From positions 558,001 through 622,000 of the forward strand of contig NC_019977.1 in NCBI RefSeq assembly GCF_000328665.1: 64,000 nucleotides of DNA, in the 5' to 3' direction. The notes under the pieces are model-generated. The model saw only the letters and a list, made by a program, of their open reading frames with translations, did not search any database and was not told where the DNA came from. The stretch comes from Methanomethylovorans hollandica DSM 15978 (GTDB lineage: Archaea; Halobacteriota; Methanosarcinia; Methanosarcinales; Methanosarcinaceae). The position numbers were made by a program, and so were the translations under genes. Positions 19,601 to 29,270 of this stretch are shown one piece after another (positions within the stretch are counted from its first letter, which is position 1; each line of letters opens with the position of its first letter).

Positions 19601-20705
19601 AGGTGATTTCAACTGGATACCGGTTGCTACAGGGAATTATGTTGTTACATTCATTGCAGAATCAAATGGTCTGAATGACTCACAGAACATAACAATTGAA
19701 GTTCTTGATTCACCACCATTTATTTCCGATCTCTCTGTGAGTAGCATTACTTCAAGTTCCATCACATTGACTTGGACCAATTCTCCGGATGTGGCCTTTA
19801 CTGAAATATACAGAAATAATACTATTATTGGAAATGTTACCGGACCATCATCTCAGTATGAAGATCTTGACCTGACCAGTAATACAAGCTATGAATATTC
19901 ACTATTGCCCTATGCTGCAAATGGGGTGGAAGGTAGTATGGTTAGCATCACCCTGGTCACTTCTTCTCCCTCTTCAAGCAATAGCGGCAGTGGAGGCAGT
20001 GGTAGAAGTAGCAGTTCAGGCACTTCCGCAAAGAGTAGCGGTGGAGGTGGCGGTGCAGGCAGTTCAGAAGACTTTGTAAATATAGCGGTGAAAGATGTTG
20101 CCACAGCATATGTGATGATGGATTCTGATATAACTTATGAGTTTACAAGAGAAGGTAATGCTGTCCAGTCCATCAGTTTCCATTCGCTTAAAAACTCAGG
20201 TGAGATTACATCTGCTATAGAGGTACTTAAAGGCAGATCAAAACTAGTCAGCAGTGATGCTGAAGGAATCGTATACAAATACATTAATATCTGGGTTGGT
20301 AAGTCCGGTTTTGCAACACCATCTAACATGAATGATATTCGTATAAATTTCAAGGTCAATAATTCATGGATACAGGAAATGGGGCTGGCTCCTGAAGAAG
20401 TAATTTTACAGCGATATAATGGCAGTTCCTGGGAAGTGTTACCCACTACTCTGCAAAGCGACACCATAGAATATTCAATATTTGAGTCTACAACTCCAGG
20501 GTTTTCTGCATTTGCCATTACAGGTGAAAAGTCCATGCCTTCCCCTGTAAGCAGTAGTGAAGATATAGGGTCTGACCAGATAGAAAATGCAGGTCTCACA
20601 CAAAGTCAACCAGAAAGATCCAATATCTGGTCGATCTTGATGGCCATACTCGCAATATCATTTGTTGTAGTCGGATACACATATCTGAAGAAACGGCAAA
20701 ATTGA
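16686..20705 (+). CDS. cell-surface S8/S53-like serine peptidase with Ig-like repeats, FN3, PGF-pre-PGF domain and TM anchor
   Basis: N-terminal hydrophobic segment; peptidase motifs IGVISDG, DEGIAM, SAGN, FSGTSAAAPHVA; five Ig/cadherin-like repeats (D.DGD...Y...LP.GA...F.W.P); Ser/Gly linker; YKYINIWVG...TPGFS; C-terminal TM. Confidence 0.85.
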   Translation: MHCKKQIQQLVSFATVLLFSGIVIFGSLSIAIGDINSSNASQAGGMTIVDISNITKEQEKMSSDLISLVTDQGELSSEATAYTNSAVSSPVQVNDEQERQLVFVYISLFQGEQTSIIDTYAWNITSIDADNSLVTAWVDVNRLEEIASLEEVRSVRTVVRPMVNTGAVKTAGDAIHRTDLVRSGYSKDGSGIKIGVISDGVNAISASQASGDLPSDVTVLRNNVGGDEGIAMMEIIHDMAPGAKLYFHDHGNSVYEFNDAIDSLVEAGCTIIVDDITWPDQPFFEDGVVATHVAEVIANNNIVYISSAGNSAMRHYQGMFVDDGTGYHDKVFPLPAGASFQLFLQWDDQFGLSSNDYDLYVLDSSGSTIAYSSNSQSGNGDPLEWTSTSYLSEPAYIKIKSRDGTAERRTLELFIYPSSQVTLDQTNLTSLDSIFGHPAVPDVIAVAAISGNNVDHDRVESYSSQGPVTIAYPVSAAREKPDLAGISSVAVTGAGNFGTIFSGTSAAAPHVAAVAAQLWGNDMNMSAAEVRNILYQTAEDVESSGSDYLSGHGRVDALNCFAYYVNRAPVLENTGNREINETQELVINLIATDMDGEALTYSTDAPFGTLVGNVFSWTPTYEDAGTYTVEFSVTDGKHTDSKLTTITVNNVDRAPVIETIGNKQINENSLLEFTILANDPDGDAVTYSVDDLPPGATFNVSTRTFSWISSPDIVGHYQVIFSAEANGLSDSETITITVGDLAGAPELGATGNRNINENDLLEFIVSASDPEGDIIIYSATDLPDGATFDINTGAFSWTPDYNDSGTYTVVFVAEAGGLLDSETIVITVNNVDREPELSPIGNKEVNESELLSFTISATDHDMDTISYLATNLPYGADLNNVTGEFSWAPTYSDSGVYDVEFIANANGLITSENVLITVNNVDRAPVFVPIGDQVADENRLLSFNISATDEDGDIVRYSAVSLPEGAELNSETGDFNWIPVATGNYVVTFIAESNGLNDSQNITIEVLDSPPFISDLSVSSITSSSITLTWTNSPDVAFTEIYRNNTIIGNVTGPSSQYEDLDLTSNTSYEYSLLPYAANGVEGSMVSITLVTSSPSSSNSGSGGSGRSSSSGTSAKSSGGGGGAGSSEDFVNIAVKDVATAYVMMDSDITYEFTREGNAVQSISFHSLKNSGEITSAIEVLKGRSKLVSSDAEGIVYKYINIWVGKSGFATPSNMNDIRINFKVNNSWIQEMGLAPEEVILQRYNGSSWEVLPTTLQSDTIEYSIFESTTPGFSAFAITGEKSMPSPVSSSEDIGSDQIENAGLTQSQPERSNIWSILMAILAISFVVVGYTYLKKRQN

Positions 20706-20714
20706 TAAATTGAT

Positions 20715-20739
20715 ACCCCTGTGCATAAGTGCAGGGGGT
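20715..20739 (+). terminator. possible hairpin terminator
   Basis: ACCCCTG.GCA-TAAG-TGCAGGGGGT, 10 nt after the stop. Confidence 0.4.
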
Positions 20740-20828
20740 CTTAAACAAGATTGATATCTTCAAAGTGCTGTAACAATAACTATCTGAAATTCTTATTGCC
20801 ATAAACATCCTCTATTGGCGGGGAGCTG

Positions 20829-23150
20829 GTGACAAAAGTGCAAATAAAAGTAAGTAGATCAGTTCATTTAGCGATAATATTATTTTTTTTGATGATAAAC
20901 ACCGGGATATGTTCAGCAGATAATGTTAATGTGGATATCGTTGGTCAGTTTAGCGGAGATATATTCAATGTTTTTGTAGCTGGGAATTATGCATATCTGG
21001 GCCAGGGTCAGGACCTTGTCATAATTGATACAAGTGATGTTACAGCTATCTCAGAGTTAGGCAGGGTCACTTCCATGTCAGAGATATATGGTATTGATAT
21101 TTCAGGCAATTATGCTTACATAGCTAATGGCGATGCCGGAATTACTGTAATAGATATTAGTAACCCCGCTTCTCCAACCATTTTGGGTAGCTATGATACT
21201 GATGGTTTTGCACGTGATATTGCCATCTCAGGTAACTATGCCTATGTAGCTGATGTTAGCAGTCTCCTTATTGTAGACATCAGCGTTCCTTCTTCCCCAA
21301 CTCTTGTAGGAACCTATGACACTATTGGTTTTGCAAATGGGGTTACTATATCAGGAGATCATGTCTACGTTGCTGATGATGTTAAAGGCGTTTTTGATGG
21401 CAGCTATGGTCTTGTTATTCTGGACATTTCCAATCCCTCTTCACCAGGCCTTGTTGGGACATACGATCTAGTTTATGCATATAATTCTGCTGTATCAGAT
21501 AATTATGCCTATGTTGCTGATGACAGTGGTCTTTCAATTCTGGATATCAGTGTTCCTTCTTCACCTGCTCCGGTGGGTCGTTACTCAGGTGCTGGTGATT
21601 CGAACGGAGTTGCAGTTTCCGGTAATTATGTCTATGTAGCTGATGCCAGTGGTGTTTTTGTAGTAGATGTCACTGATCCATCGGCACCTGTCTACATGGG
21701 AAGCTATGATGGTGCTTATGTCTATAATGTTGCAGTTTCCGGTAATTATGCTTATGCGGCCTCCGACAATGGTCTTTTGGTATTTACTTTAACTGATCCT
21801 TCATCACCGGGTGTTTCTCCTGGCAATTCTGCAGACAATGCAACTCCTGACGGTGAGGCAGACCAACAGCCTGTGATCTTAGAAACAGGGGATAAATCAG
21901 TCTATGTGAATGAATTGCTTACATTCAGAGTTTCAGCAACAGATGAAGATGGTGACGTTATCATGTACTCTGCTTCGGATCTGCCAGAAGGGGCTATCTT
22001 TGATGCGACAACAGGTATTTTCAGCTGGACACCAGAAACAGAAGGTAATTATATTGTTACATTTACTGCAGAATCCAATGGTCTTACTGCCTCTGAAACT
22101 ATAACTATTGATGTCTCTTCATCAGGTGGGGTCACCCCAGACTCTCCCGGGTCACAAATATCAGATATTTCAGGGGAGGATATCAGTTCGAGTTCTATAA
22201 CATTGACATGGACTAATTCTCCGGATGTAGTCCTCGTTGAATTATCTCGGAATGACATTTTTATTGCTAATGTTAGTGGGTCTGTATATGAAGACAATGA
22301 CCTTGACAGCGACACAAGTTATACTTATTCTCTGTTGCCACACTTGAGTGATGGAAGTAAGGGGGTCGTGGAAAGTATTGATTTAAGCACTTCATCTTCA
22401 TTCGATAGTGATACAACTGGTGGTGAAAGAAGCAGTAGTAGCAGCGGTACAATGAGTAGCAGCAGTGGTGGAGGCGGTGGTGCGGGAAGTGCTGAGGACT
22501 TCGAAAACGTAGTACTGAAAGATGCTGCCACAGTGTATCTTATGATGGATTCCAATGCTACCTATGAGTTCATAGAACAGTACAATCCTATTCAGGCAGT
22601 AAGTTTCTATTCTCTTAAGAACTCAGGTGAGGTAACATCCACTATAGAGGTGCTTTACAACAGATCAAAGTTTGCCAGCAGTGATGTGGAAGGACTTGTA
22701 TACAAATATGTGAATATCTGGGTAGGAAAATCCGGTTTTGCCACAGAAGGTAATATCAAAGACCCAATGGTACAATTCAGGGTAAATAACTCATGGATTG
22801 AGGAAACTGGTGTAAACCCTGCAAGCATAAGGTTGCAGAGATATGATGGAACAGCATGGGAAGTGTTACCCACAGTCTTTAAAGCCAACACTACAAGTTA
22901 TGTTATATTCGAGGCCCAGACCCCCGGTTTCTCTCCTTTTGCCATCACCGCAGATGCAACTCTTGATTCAGTAAACACAGATACAAAGTTACAATCTGCA
23001 GATCCTGATGTTCTGTCAGATCCTGTCCTGAATAAAAGTGGAGATTATGGGCAAGCACAGCCTGAAAGATCCAATTTTTGGGCTCCTGTTATAGTAGTTC
23101 TTATAATAGGATTGCTTGCTGCTGGCTACATGTACCTGAAGAAAAAATGA
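20829..23150 (+). CDS. cell-surface protein with LVIVD repeats, Ig-like, FN3 and PGF-pre-PGF domains and TM anchor
   Basis: Signal peptide; about 7 SGNYAYVAD...L.I.DIS.PSSP repeats; YKYVNIWVG, TPGFSPFAIT; C-terminal TM plus KKK. Confidence 0.85.
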   Translation: MTKVQIKVSRSVHLAIILFFLMINTGICSADNVNVDIVGQFSGDIFNVFVAGNYAYLGQGQDLVIIDTSDVTAISELGRVTSMSEIYGIDISGNYAYIANGDAGITVIDISNPASPTILGSYDTDGFARDIAISGNYAYVADVSSLLIVDISVPSSPTLVGTYDTIGFANGVTISGDHVYVADDVKGVFDGSYGLVILDISNPSSPGLVGTYDLVYAYNSAVSDNYAYVADDSGLSILDISVPSSPAPVGRYSGAGDSNGVAVSGNYVYVADASGVFVVDVTDPSAPVYMGSYDGAYVYNVAVSGNYAYAASDNGLLVFTLTDPSSPGVSPGNSADNATPDGEADQQPVILETGDKSVYVNELLTFRVSATDEDGDVIMYSASDLPEGAIFDATTGIFSWTPETEGNYIVTFTAESNGLTASETITIDVSSSGGVTPDSPGSQISDISGEDISSSSITLTWTNSPDVVLVELSRNDIFIANVSGSVYEDNDLDSDTSYTYSLLPHLSDGSKGVVESIDLSTSSSFDSDTTGGERSSSSSGTMSSSSGGGGGAGSAEDFENVVLKDAATVYLMMDSNATYEFIEQYNPIQAVSFYSLKNSGEVTSTIEVLYNRSKFASSDVEGLVYKYVNIWVGKSGFATEGNIKDPMVQFRVNNSWIEETGVNPASIRLQRYDGTAWEVLPTVFKANTTSYVIFEAQTPGFSPFAITADATLDSVNTDTKLQSADPDVLSDPVLNKSGDYGQAQPERSNFWAPVIVVLIIGLLAAGYMYLKKK

Positions 23151-23427
23151 GAAGGCAATGTGTTACCCTGTATGATCATATACAGGGAAACATTTTTAAA
23201 ACCATTTTCGGCAGTTTAAATTTTTTATGGATTAAATCTCAGCTTTTCTGGCCATCACACTAAGTATTTCTTTTTTCCTTGCCATTATAATTTCTTTTCT
23301 GCTTCAATTCTTTATTCGAACCAAGAGCCTTCGTATTCTTTCCATTTGTTATTAAAGCCAGAAACATACTTTTATCTTATAAATAAAGTGACATTGGTAT
23401 GGAAAATATTTGCAGGCAGTTCAAACC

Positions 23428-23442
23428 TATAGGTATAAATAT
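23428..23442 (+). promoter_or_regulatory. TATA-box-containing promoter motif shared with 16559-16573
   Basis: TATAGGTATAAATAT. Confidence 0.55.
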
Positions 23443-23582
23443 CAGTTTGAGTCAACTATATAATATAGTCAAGCAGTTACTTTCTATCAATTATTTTATA
23501 ATTACCTGATCCACTGGGACAAATCAAGCTATTGGGTATTGATCTTAAGGATATAGTCCTCTCTAACTTGCGGAGTGGTTGG

Positions 23583-26459
23583 ATGCGCATTAAGTTAAGT
23601 AAATTAGTCTGTATAGGCTTTGCATTACTTCTATTTTTAATTTCAGCTGGGATTAGCGCTGGTGAACTTGTAATAACACATATTGGAGATAAAACGATAG
23701 GCGAAAATGAACCTCTGACTTTTAATGTTGCTGCAGGAGATGACGAGAATATCAATGCTACAATAACATTTAAAGTTGAAAATTTGCCAGAAGGGGCAAC
23801 TTTCAATCCACATCCACAAAATCCAAATACATACACTTTTAGCTTGACCCCCGGTAACGGTACTGCTGGCAGGTATCAGGTAACATTCATAGCAACTATT
23901 AGCGGCGTTGGTAATGACAGTGATAGCACAGAAACGGAAACTATAATGATCATTGTCAAAAAAGTGGATAAAACTAATTTGCTGGACGTAATTGGAGCTG
24001 CCACCGAAAAACTAGAAGATGCAGTTCCAGGAAATGACATCGATCAATACCCGCAAACAGCAATAGATACATTCAGAAGAGCAATCACCACAGCACAGGC
24101 AGTTGCAGACAGTACACGCTCCACACAAACGCAGGTAGACAATGCAATAAGCTCTCTGGGAACAGCTGAAGCTGCTTTTGACGCTGCCAGAATAAAATCC
24201 ATAGACAAAAGTTCATTGAAAACAGCCATTGCTCAAGCCAATGCAAAAGTAGTGACTGCAGCCTCCGGGAATGAAGGTGGTCAGTACCCACAAGCAGCAA
24301 TAGATGCATTCAAAGCAGCTATTGCTGTGGCACAGGGAGTTGCGGATGATTCAAATGCAACAAATGCAGAAGTAAGCCAGGCAGTTACAGCCCTGAAAGC
24401 AGCTGAAGCGGCATTTGATGCAGCTGAAATACCCTCTGTAGATAAGTCCTCACTACTATCTGCTATCAGCGCTGCATCTTCAAAGGCTGGTAATGCCGTT
24501 GCCGGTATTGAGCCCGGTCAGTATCCCAGGTCTGCCATCAATGCTTTTAATGATGCTATTTCCAGGGCAGGATCCGTTGCTGACGACAGAGGTGCAACCC
24601 AGTCTGAGGTCAACCAGGCAATAAATGAACTTAAAGCAGCTGAAGCGGCATTTGATGCAGCTGAAATTATATACGTCGATCATACTCCCCCCTCAACTGT
24701 TAGTAACCTTCGGGAAAGTGGTTCAGGTCCAACCTGGATAAGATGGACCTGGACAATTCCAAGTGATTCGGATTTCAGTCATGTGAAGGTATATCTTGAT
24801 GGTGTATTCGTTAGGGATACCTCCAACAGTTTTTACAATGCTACCGGGCTGGCTCCGGGAACTGTACATGCTATCAGTATAGAAACTGTGGATGTTTCCG
24901 GAAACATCAATCCTTCACTGGTTAGTGATTCTGCAGCATCTAAAATTCCAATAGACACAGTACCGCCATCATCTGTAACACATCTTAATGAGAGTAGTGT
25001 AGGTCTGGATTGGATCAGCTGGACCTGGAAAAATCCGAATGATGCTGATTTTCAACATGTTATGGTGTACTTCGATGGTGATTTTGTCACAAACACTTCT
25101 GATGTTTTCTATAATGCAATTGGGCTGACTGAAGGCACGACTCACACGATCATGATAAAAACCGTGGACGCTTCTGGAAACATCAATCCCAGAACAGTGG
25201 GCGATTCAGCAACCACAAAGATCACAGATAGAACTCCCCCGGGAACTGTAACGAACATTGAGGAGAATAATGTTGGTCCAAGTTGGATCAACTGGACGTG
25301 GATTAACCCCAATGATCCTGATTTCAGTAATGTGAGAATCTATATTGATGGGATATTCGTCACAAACACTCCAGACAGTTATTATAATGCAACAGGACTT
25401 AGCAATGGAATAGAACATACCATCGGTATTGAAACCGTAGATACTTCGGGTAACATTAATTCTACACGGGTAAGCGATCAGGCTGCTACACTGAAGATAC
25501 CTGTAATTTTAAAAGTCGAAGGAAAAAACATCAGGACAAGTTCGATCACACTGGAGTGGGATGCTTCCGATGATACTGCAACCGTACAGATAATTCTGGA
25601 TGGTCTGGTACTTGCCAATGTAACAGGACCAACATACATACACAGTGACCTTAATAGTTCTACAACTTACAACTATATTCTTGTCCCATTCAATGAAAAT
25701 GGATTACAGGGAGAAGCAGTGACTATCAGTCTCACCACATCTTCAGTCAGCAGCGGTGGTGGAGGCGGTAGTAGTAGAGGCAGTAGTAGTAGTAGCAGCG
25801 GTGGAGGTGGCGGTGCAGGCAGTGTTGAGGACTTTGAAAACGTAGCTTTGAAAGATGTGGACAATGCATATGTCCGAATGAATGAAAACGTCACCTACAA
25901 GTTCTCAAGGGCAGGCAATGATATTCAATCCGTTAGTTTTTATTCTCTTAAGAACTCAGGTGAGATAACTTCCACTATAGAAATACTGAACAACAGGTCG
26001 AAGCTTGTACAGATAGATCCCGAGGGACCAGTTTACAAATATGTCAACATCTGGGTAGGTAAGGCTGGTTTTGCTACATCTGATAACATAAGGGATGCAC
26101 GGGTGGAGTTCAGAGTGAACAATTCATGGATGGAAGAGATGGGTGTAAACCCTGAAGATGTAAAGTTGCAGAGGTATAATGGGACTATATGGGAAGTGCT
26201 GTCTACCAATCCTAAAAACAGCACAATGAAATATACAACATTTGAAGCCCAGACTCCCGGTTTCTCTCCATTTGTGATCACTTCAACGGTTCCACTTACT
26301 TCTCCATTATATAGTGATATGGATACTGCAGTCACTAAATTCGATGATCTAGTTATGGAAAAGATCCAGCCGGAAAAATCCAGGATATGGACTTTCATCA
26401 TTGTTTTTATATTGATAGGAATATTTGCAGTTGGATATGAGTATCTAAAGAAAGAGTAA
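23583..26459 (+). CDS. cell-surface protein with Ig-like, 3 FIVAR-like, FN3 repeats and PGF-pre-PGF domain, TM anchor
   Basis: ATG 23583 (MRIKLSKLVCIGFALLLFLISAG) after GGAGTGG. It has three DKSxL..AI..A...GQYP..AI.AF..AI..A repeats, then D.TPP..V.NL...W.W..P.D.DF FN3 repeats, TPGFSPF and a TM helix. Confidence 0.85.
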   Translation: MRIKLSKLVCIGFALLLFLISAGISAGELVITHIGDKTIGENEPLTFNVAAGDDENINATITFKVENLPEGATFNPHPQNPNTYTFSLTPGNGTAGRYQVTFIATISGVGNDSDSTETETIMIIVKKVDKTNLLDVIGAATEKLEDAVPGNDIDQYPQTAIDTFRRAITTAQAVADSTRSTQTQVDNAISSLGTAEAAFDAARIKSIDKSSLKTAIAQANAKVVTAASGNEGGQYPQAAIDAFKAAIAVAQGVADDSNATNAEVSQAVTALKAAEAAFDAAEIPSVDKSSLLSAISAASSKAGNAVAGIEPGQYPRSAINAFNDAISRAGSVADDRGATQSEVNQAINELKAAEAAFDAAEIIYVDHTPPSTVSNLRESGSGPTWIRWTWTIPSDSDFSHVKVYLDGVFVRDTSNSFYNATGLAPGTVHAISIETVDVSGNINPSLVSDSAASKIPIDTVPPSSVTHLNESSVGLDWISWTWKNPNDADFQHVMVYFDGDFVTNTSDVFYNAIGLTEGTTHTIMIKTVDASGNINPRTVGDSATTKITDRTPPGTVTNIEENNVGPSWINWTWINPNDPDFSNVRIYIDGIFVTNTPDSYYNATGLSNGIEHTIGIETVDTSGNINSTRVSDQAATLKIPVILKVEGKNIRTSSITLEWDASDDTATVQIILDGLVLANVTGPTYIHSDLNSSTTYNYILVPFNENGLQGEAVTISLTTSSVSSGGGGGSSRGSSSSSSGGGGGAGSVEDFENVALKDVDNAYVRMNENVTYKFSRAGNDIQSVSFYSLKNSGEITSTIEILNNRSKLVQIDPEGPVYKYVNIWVGKAGFATSDNIRDARVEFRVNNSWMEEMGVNPEDVKLQRYNGTIWEVLSTNPKNSTMKYTTFEAQTPGFSPFVITSTVPLTSPLYSDMDTAVTKFDDLVMEKIQPEKSRIWTFIIVFILIGIFAVGYEYLKKE

Positions 26460-26493
26460 GATTAATCTGCTTTCCATTCTTTACCAGATACAA

Positions 26494-27510
26494 ATGAAAG
26501 GAACAGTTCTTGGAATAGAGGGTACTGCATGGAACCTCAGTGCAGCTATTGTTAATGAGAATGATGTCGTAGCTGAGGTCACACATACATATGTGCCACC
26601 TATAGGGGGCATCCATCCAAGGGAAGCTGCACAGCACCATGCCAGATTTGCTTCACATGTTATAGGTAAACTTCTTGAAGAAGGAAGTAAAAAAGGTGTT
26701 TCTATTTCTATGATAGATGGTATAGCCTTTTCTCAGGGTCCGGGACTTGGTGCCTGCCTGCGCACTGTGGCCACCGCCTCACGTGCGCTTTCCCTTAGTC
26801 TGGGCCTGCCCCTTATAGGTGTCAATCATTGTCTTGCACACATAGAGGTTGGTCGCTGGAAGACTCCTGCGAGGGACCCTGTAACATTGTATGTCAGCGG
26901 TGCAAACTCACAGGTACTGGCATATAAAATGGGGAAATATCGTGTATTTGGCGAAACACTTGATATTGGTCTGGGGAATGCACTGGATAAGTTTGCCAGA
27001 AGTGCGGGTCTAACTCATCCTGGTGGTCCGAAGATCGAGGAACTTGCCAGAAAAGCAAAGAACTACATTCCAATGCCTTATGTGGTAAAAGGTATGGATC
27101 TCTCCTTTTCGGGGCTTTCCACTGCCGCCACAGATGCTCTTGGCAGGGCCAGCCTTGAAGATGTATGTTATTCTTTCCAGGAAACGGCTTTTTCTATGGT
27201 TGTGGAAGTTACAGAAAGGGCACTTGCTCATACCGGAAAGCATGAAGTTCTGCTTGCAGGAGGTGTAGGAGCTAATACGCGCCTTAGGGAGATGCTTAAA
27301 ATAATGTGTGAAGAGCGAGGTGCTAATTTCTACGTTCCTGAAAAGCGTTTTATGGGTGATAATGGCGCCATGATCGCCTATCTTGGTCTTTTGATGCTAA
27401 ACTCTGGGGACATCTTGTCTGTTGAGAAATCTCATGTAAACCCTAATTTCAGACCAGATTCAGTGGATGTAACGTGGATCAATGAAAAGGATCTGGAAGG
27501 TGATCCTTAA
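26494..27510 (+). CDS. kae1: KEOPS tRNA threonylcarbamoyltransferase Kae1
   Basis: LGIEGTAW, GGIHPREAAQHH, GPGLGACLR, VNHCLAHIE, GETLDIGLGNALDKFAR, DNGAMIA. Confidence 0.95.
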   Translation: MKGTVLGIEGTAWNLSAAIVNENDVVAEVTHTYVPPIGGIHPREAAQHHARFASHVIGKLLEEGSKKGVSISMIDGIAFSQGPGLGACLRTVATASRALSLSLGLPLIGVNHCLAHIEVGRWKTPARDPVTLYVSGANSQVLAYKMGKYRVFGETLDIGLGNALDKFARSAGLTHPGGPKIEELARKAKNYIPMPYVVKGMDLSFSGLSTAATDALGRASLEDVCYSFQETAFSMVVEVTERALAHTGKHEVLLAGGVGANTRLREMLKIMCEERGANFYVPEKRFMGDNGAMIAYLGLLMLNSGDILSVEKSHVNPNFRPDSVDVTWINEKDLEGDP

Positions 27511-28083
27511 ATGTATCTGGCAAGAGGGGCAGAAGCAGTTATCAAGCTGGAAGGCAACATTGTGGTAAAAGAGCGTATTCCTAAAAATTATCGTTTACAG
27601 CAGATCGATGAGCGGATACGCAAAGAGCGGACGCGCTCAGAGGCGAGGCTAATCTCTGAAGCTCGCAGAGCCGGAGTGCCCACTCCTGTCATATATGATA
27701 TACAGGATTTTAGGATCGAGATGCAGTATATTGACGGCAGGCCCCTGAAATATGTTATGGATGAGAAGATGAGCAAAAAAATTGGTCAGCTTGTGGGCCG
27801 TCTTCATTCCAGTGGCATCATACATGGTGATCTGACAACTTCTAACATGATATTTTCTAATGACAGGATATACCTGATCGATTTTGGCCTGGCCTATACG
27901 GATAGCAGTCTTGAGGCACAGGGTGTGGATGTACATGTACTTTTTCAGACATTCGAGAGTACACACAGTGGTTATGAGGAACTGATAGCAAGTTTCTACC
28001 AGGGTTATCGGGATAGTTTTGAATCTGCTGATGCAGTGATGGAACGTGTGAAAGAGATAGAGAAGAGAGGTCGTTATGCGTAA
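27511..28083 (+). CDS. bud32: KEOPS kinase/ATPase Bud32
   Basis: GAEA, RTRSEAR, HGDLTTSN, IDFGL, IEKRGRY. Confidence 0.95.
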   Translation: MYLARGAEAVIKLEGNIVVKERIPKNYRLQQIDERIRKERTRSEARLISEARRAGVPTPVIYDIQDFRIEMQYIDGRPLKYVMDEKMSKKIGQLVGRLHSSGIIHGDLTTSNMIFSNDRIYLIDFGLAYTDSSLEAQGVDVHVLFQTFESTHSGYEELIASFYQGYRDSFESADAVMERVKEIEKRGRYA

Positions 28084-28624
28084 GATGGTATTTGTTACCG
28101 GTAATAAAGGAAAGTTCAATGAAGCCAGATCCATATTTGAAGCAAAAGACATCGAGCTAATCCAAGATACAGGAGGTTATCCTGAATTACAGGAAGATGA
28201 GCTGGAACCTATAGCTTCATTTGGAGCAAAATGGGCAGCAGAAAAACTGAAGATCCCTGTGATGGTGGATGATTCCGGTCTTTTCATCAATGCTCTGAAT
28301 GGTTTCCCTGGTCCTTATTCTGCATTTGTTGAAAATAAAATAGGTAATAAGAAAGTGCTCAGGCTCATGGAGGATGAAGACGACCGCACAGCTGTCTTTA
28401 AATCAGTTATTGGTTACTGCGAACCCGCAAAAGAAGCTATTGTATTTACTGGCATGGTCGAAGGTTTGATCTCTTTAGAGGAAAAGGGTACAGGAGGTTT
28501 TGGGTATGATCCCATATTTGAGTATAATGGCAGGACTTTTGCAGAGATCGGTGATGATGAAAAGAACAAGCTTTCTCACAGGCGCAGGGCACTGGACAAG
28601 TTCTTTGAGTGGCTTTCTAAGTAA
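28076..28624 (+). CDS. rdgB: non-canonical purine NTP pyrophosphatase (RdgB/HAM1)
   Basis: FVTGNKGK, DDSGL, GFPGPYS, GFGYDPIF, SHR. Confidence 0.95.
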   Translation: MRKMVFVTGNKGKFNEARSIFEAKDIELIQDTGGYPELQEDELEPIASFGAKWAAEKLKIPVMVDDSGLFINALNGFPGPYSAFVENKIGNKKVLRLMEDEDDRTAVFKSVIGYCEPAKEAIVFTGMVEGLISLEEKGTGGFGYDPIFEYNGRTFAEIGDDEKNKLSHRRRALDKFFEWLSK

Positions 28625-28636
28625 AGGTGATATATT

Positions 28637-29227
28637 TTGAGGCGGCGCTTCCTGACAGATGCCGAAGGCATAGATACCATTCCTCTGAAAATGATAGTGT
28701 ATCTGGCAATCACAGGCTGTGTGCTTGCCTTGGTAGCAATATCATGGAATACCATAGTTCCTCTAAAACAGGGCTATGATGTTGAGAAACAACTGTCTGA
28801 GGCATCTCTTGAACTGCTTTCTCTCCAGAAGGGCAAAGCACGTGACCTCTCTTTGTTTTCCAGTGCCCAAGGCAGTATGTGTTCTCTTGAACTTGACTTC
28901 CCAAGGGAGATCACATATCTTGGATTTGGTGTGGACCCTGATCCGGATAACGATGGCAATGTAACTAACTCTGCCTGGGACATAGAGAACAACACCATAA
29001 TTTACAGATATAACAATGGGGTTAAGAAAAGATGGATCATAGAAGGTGAAAAGATCCATTTCTGTCAGGGTCGTCTTTCAGCTGGAGGTACGTGGCTCCC
29101 TGAAGAAATATCCGATCCCTCCAACAATATGGGTATGGGTGTAGTTATAGAAAAACCTATATCCGGAACTTATGTTTTCGAGCTTGTCAGAAGTGACGGT
29201 ACTTTCACTTTATCCCACTTTTCTTAA
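28637..29227 (+). CDS. hypothetical protein with a class III (prepilin-like) signal peptide
   Basis: Basic N-terminus, then DAEG followed by a hydrophobic stretch (IDTIPLKMIVYLAITGCVLALVAISW). Confidence 0.55.
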   Translation: MRRRFLTDAEGIDTIPLKMIVYLAITGCVLALVAISWNTIVPLKQGYDVEKQLSEASLELLSLQKGKARDLSLFSSAQGSMCSLELDFPREITYLGFGVDPDPDNDGNVTNSAWDIENNTIIYRYNNGVKKRWIIEGEKIHFCQGRLSAGGTWLPEEISDPSNNMGMGVVIEKPISGTYVFELVRSDGTFTLSHFS

Positions 29228-29270
29228 GTAGTTCCTGACAACTGTCAGGGACCAGAAAAATCAAAATGTG

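Noticed and set aside
19960..25820. AGT/AGC/GGT-rich low-complexity runs
   Set aside because: They encode ordinary Ser/Gly linkers of the surface proteins
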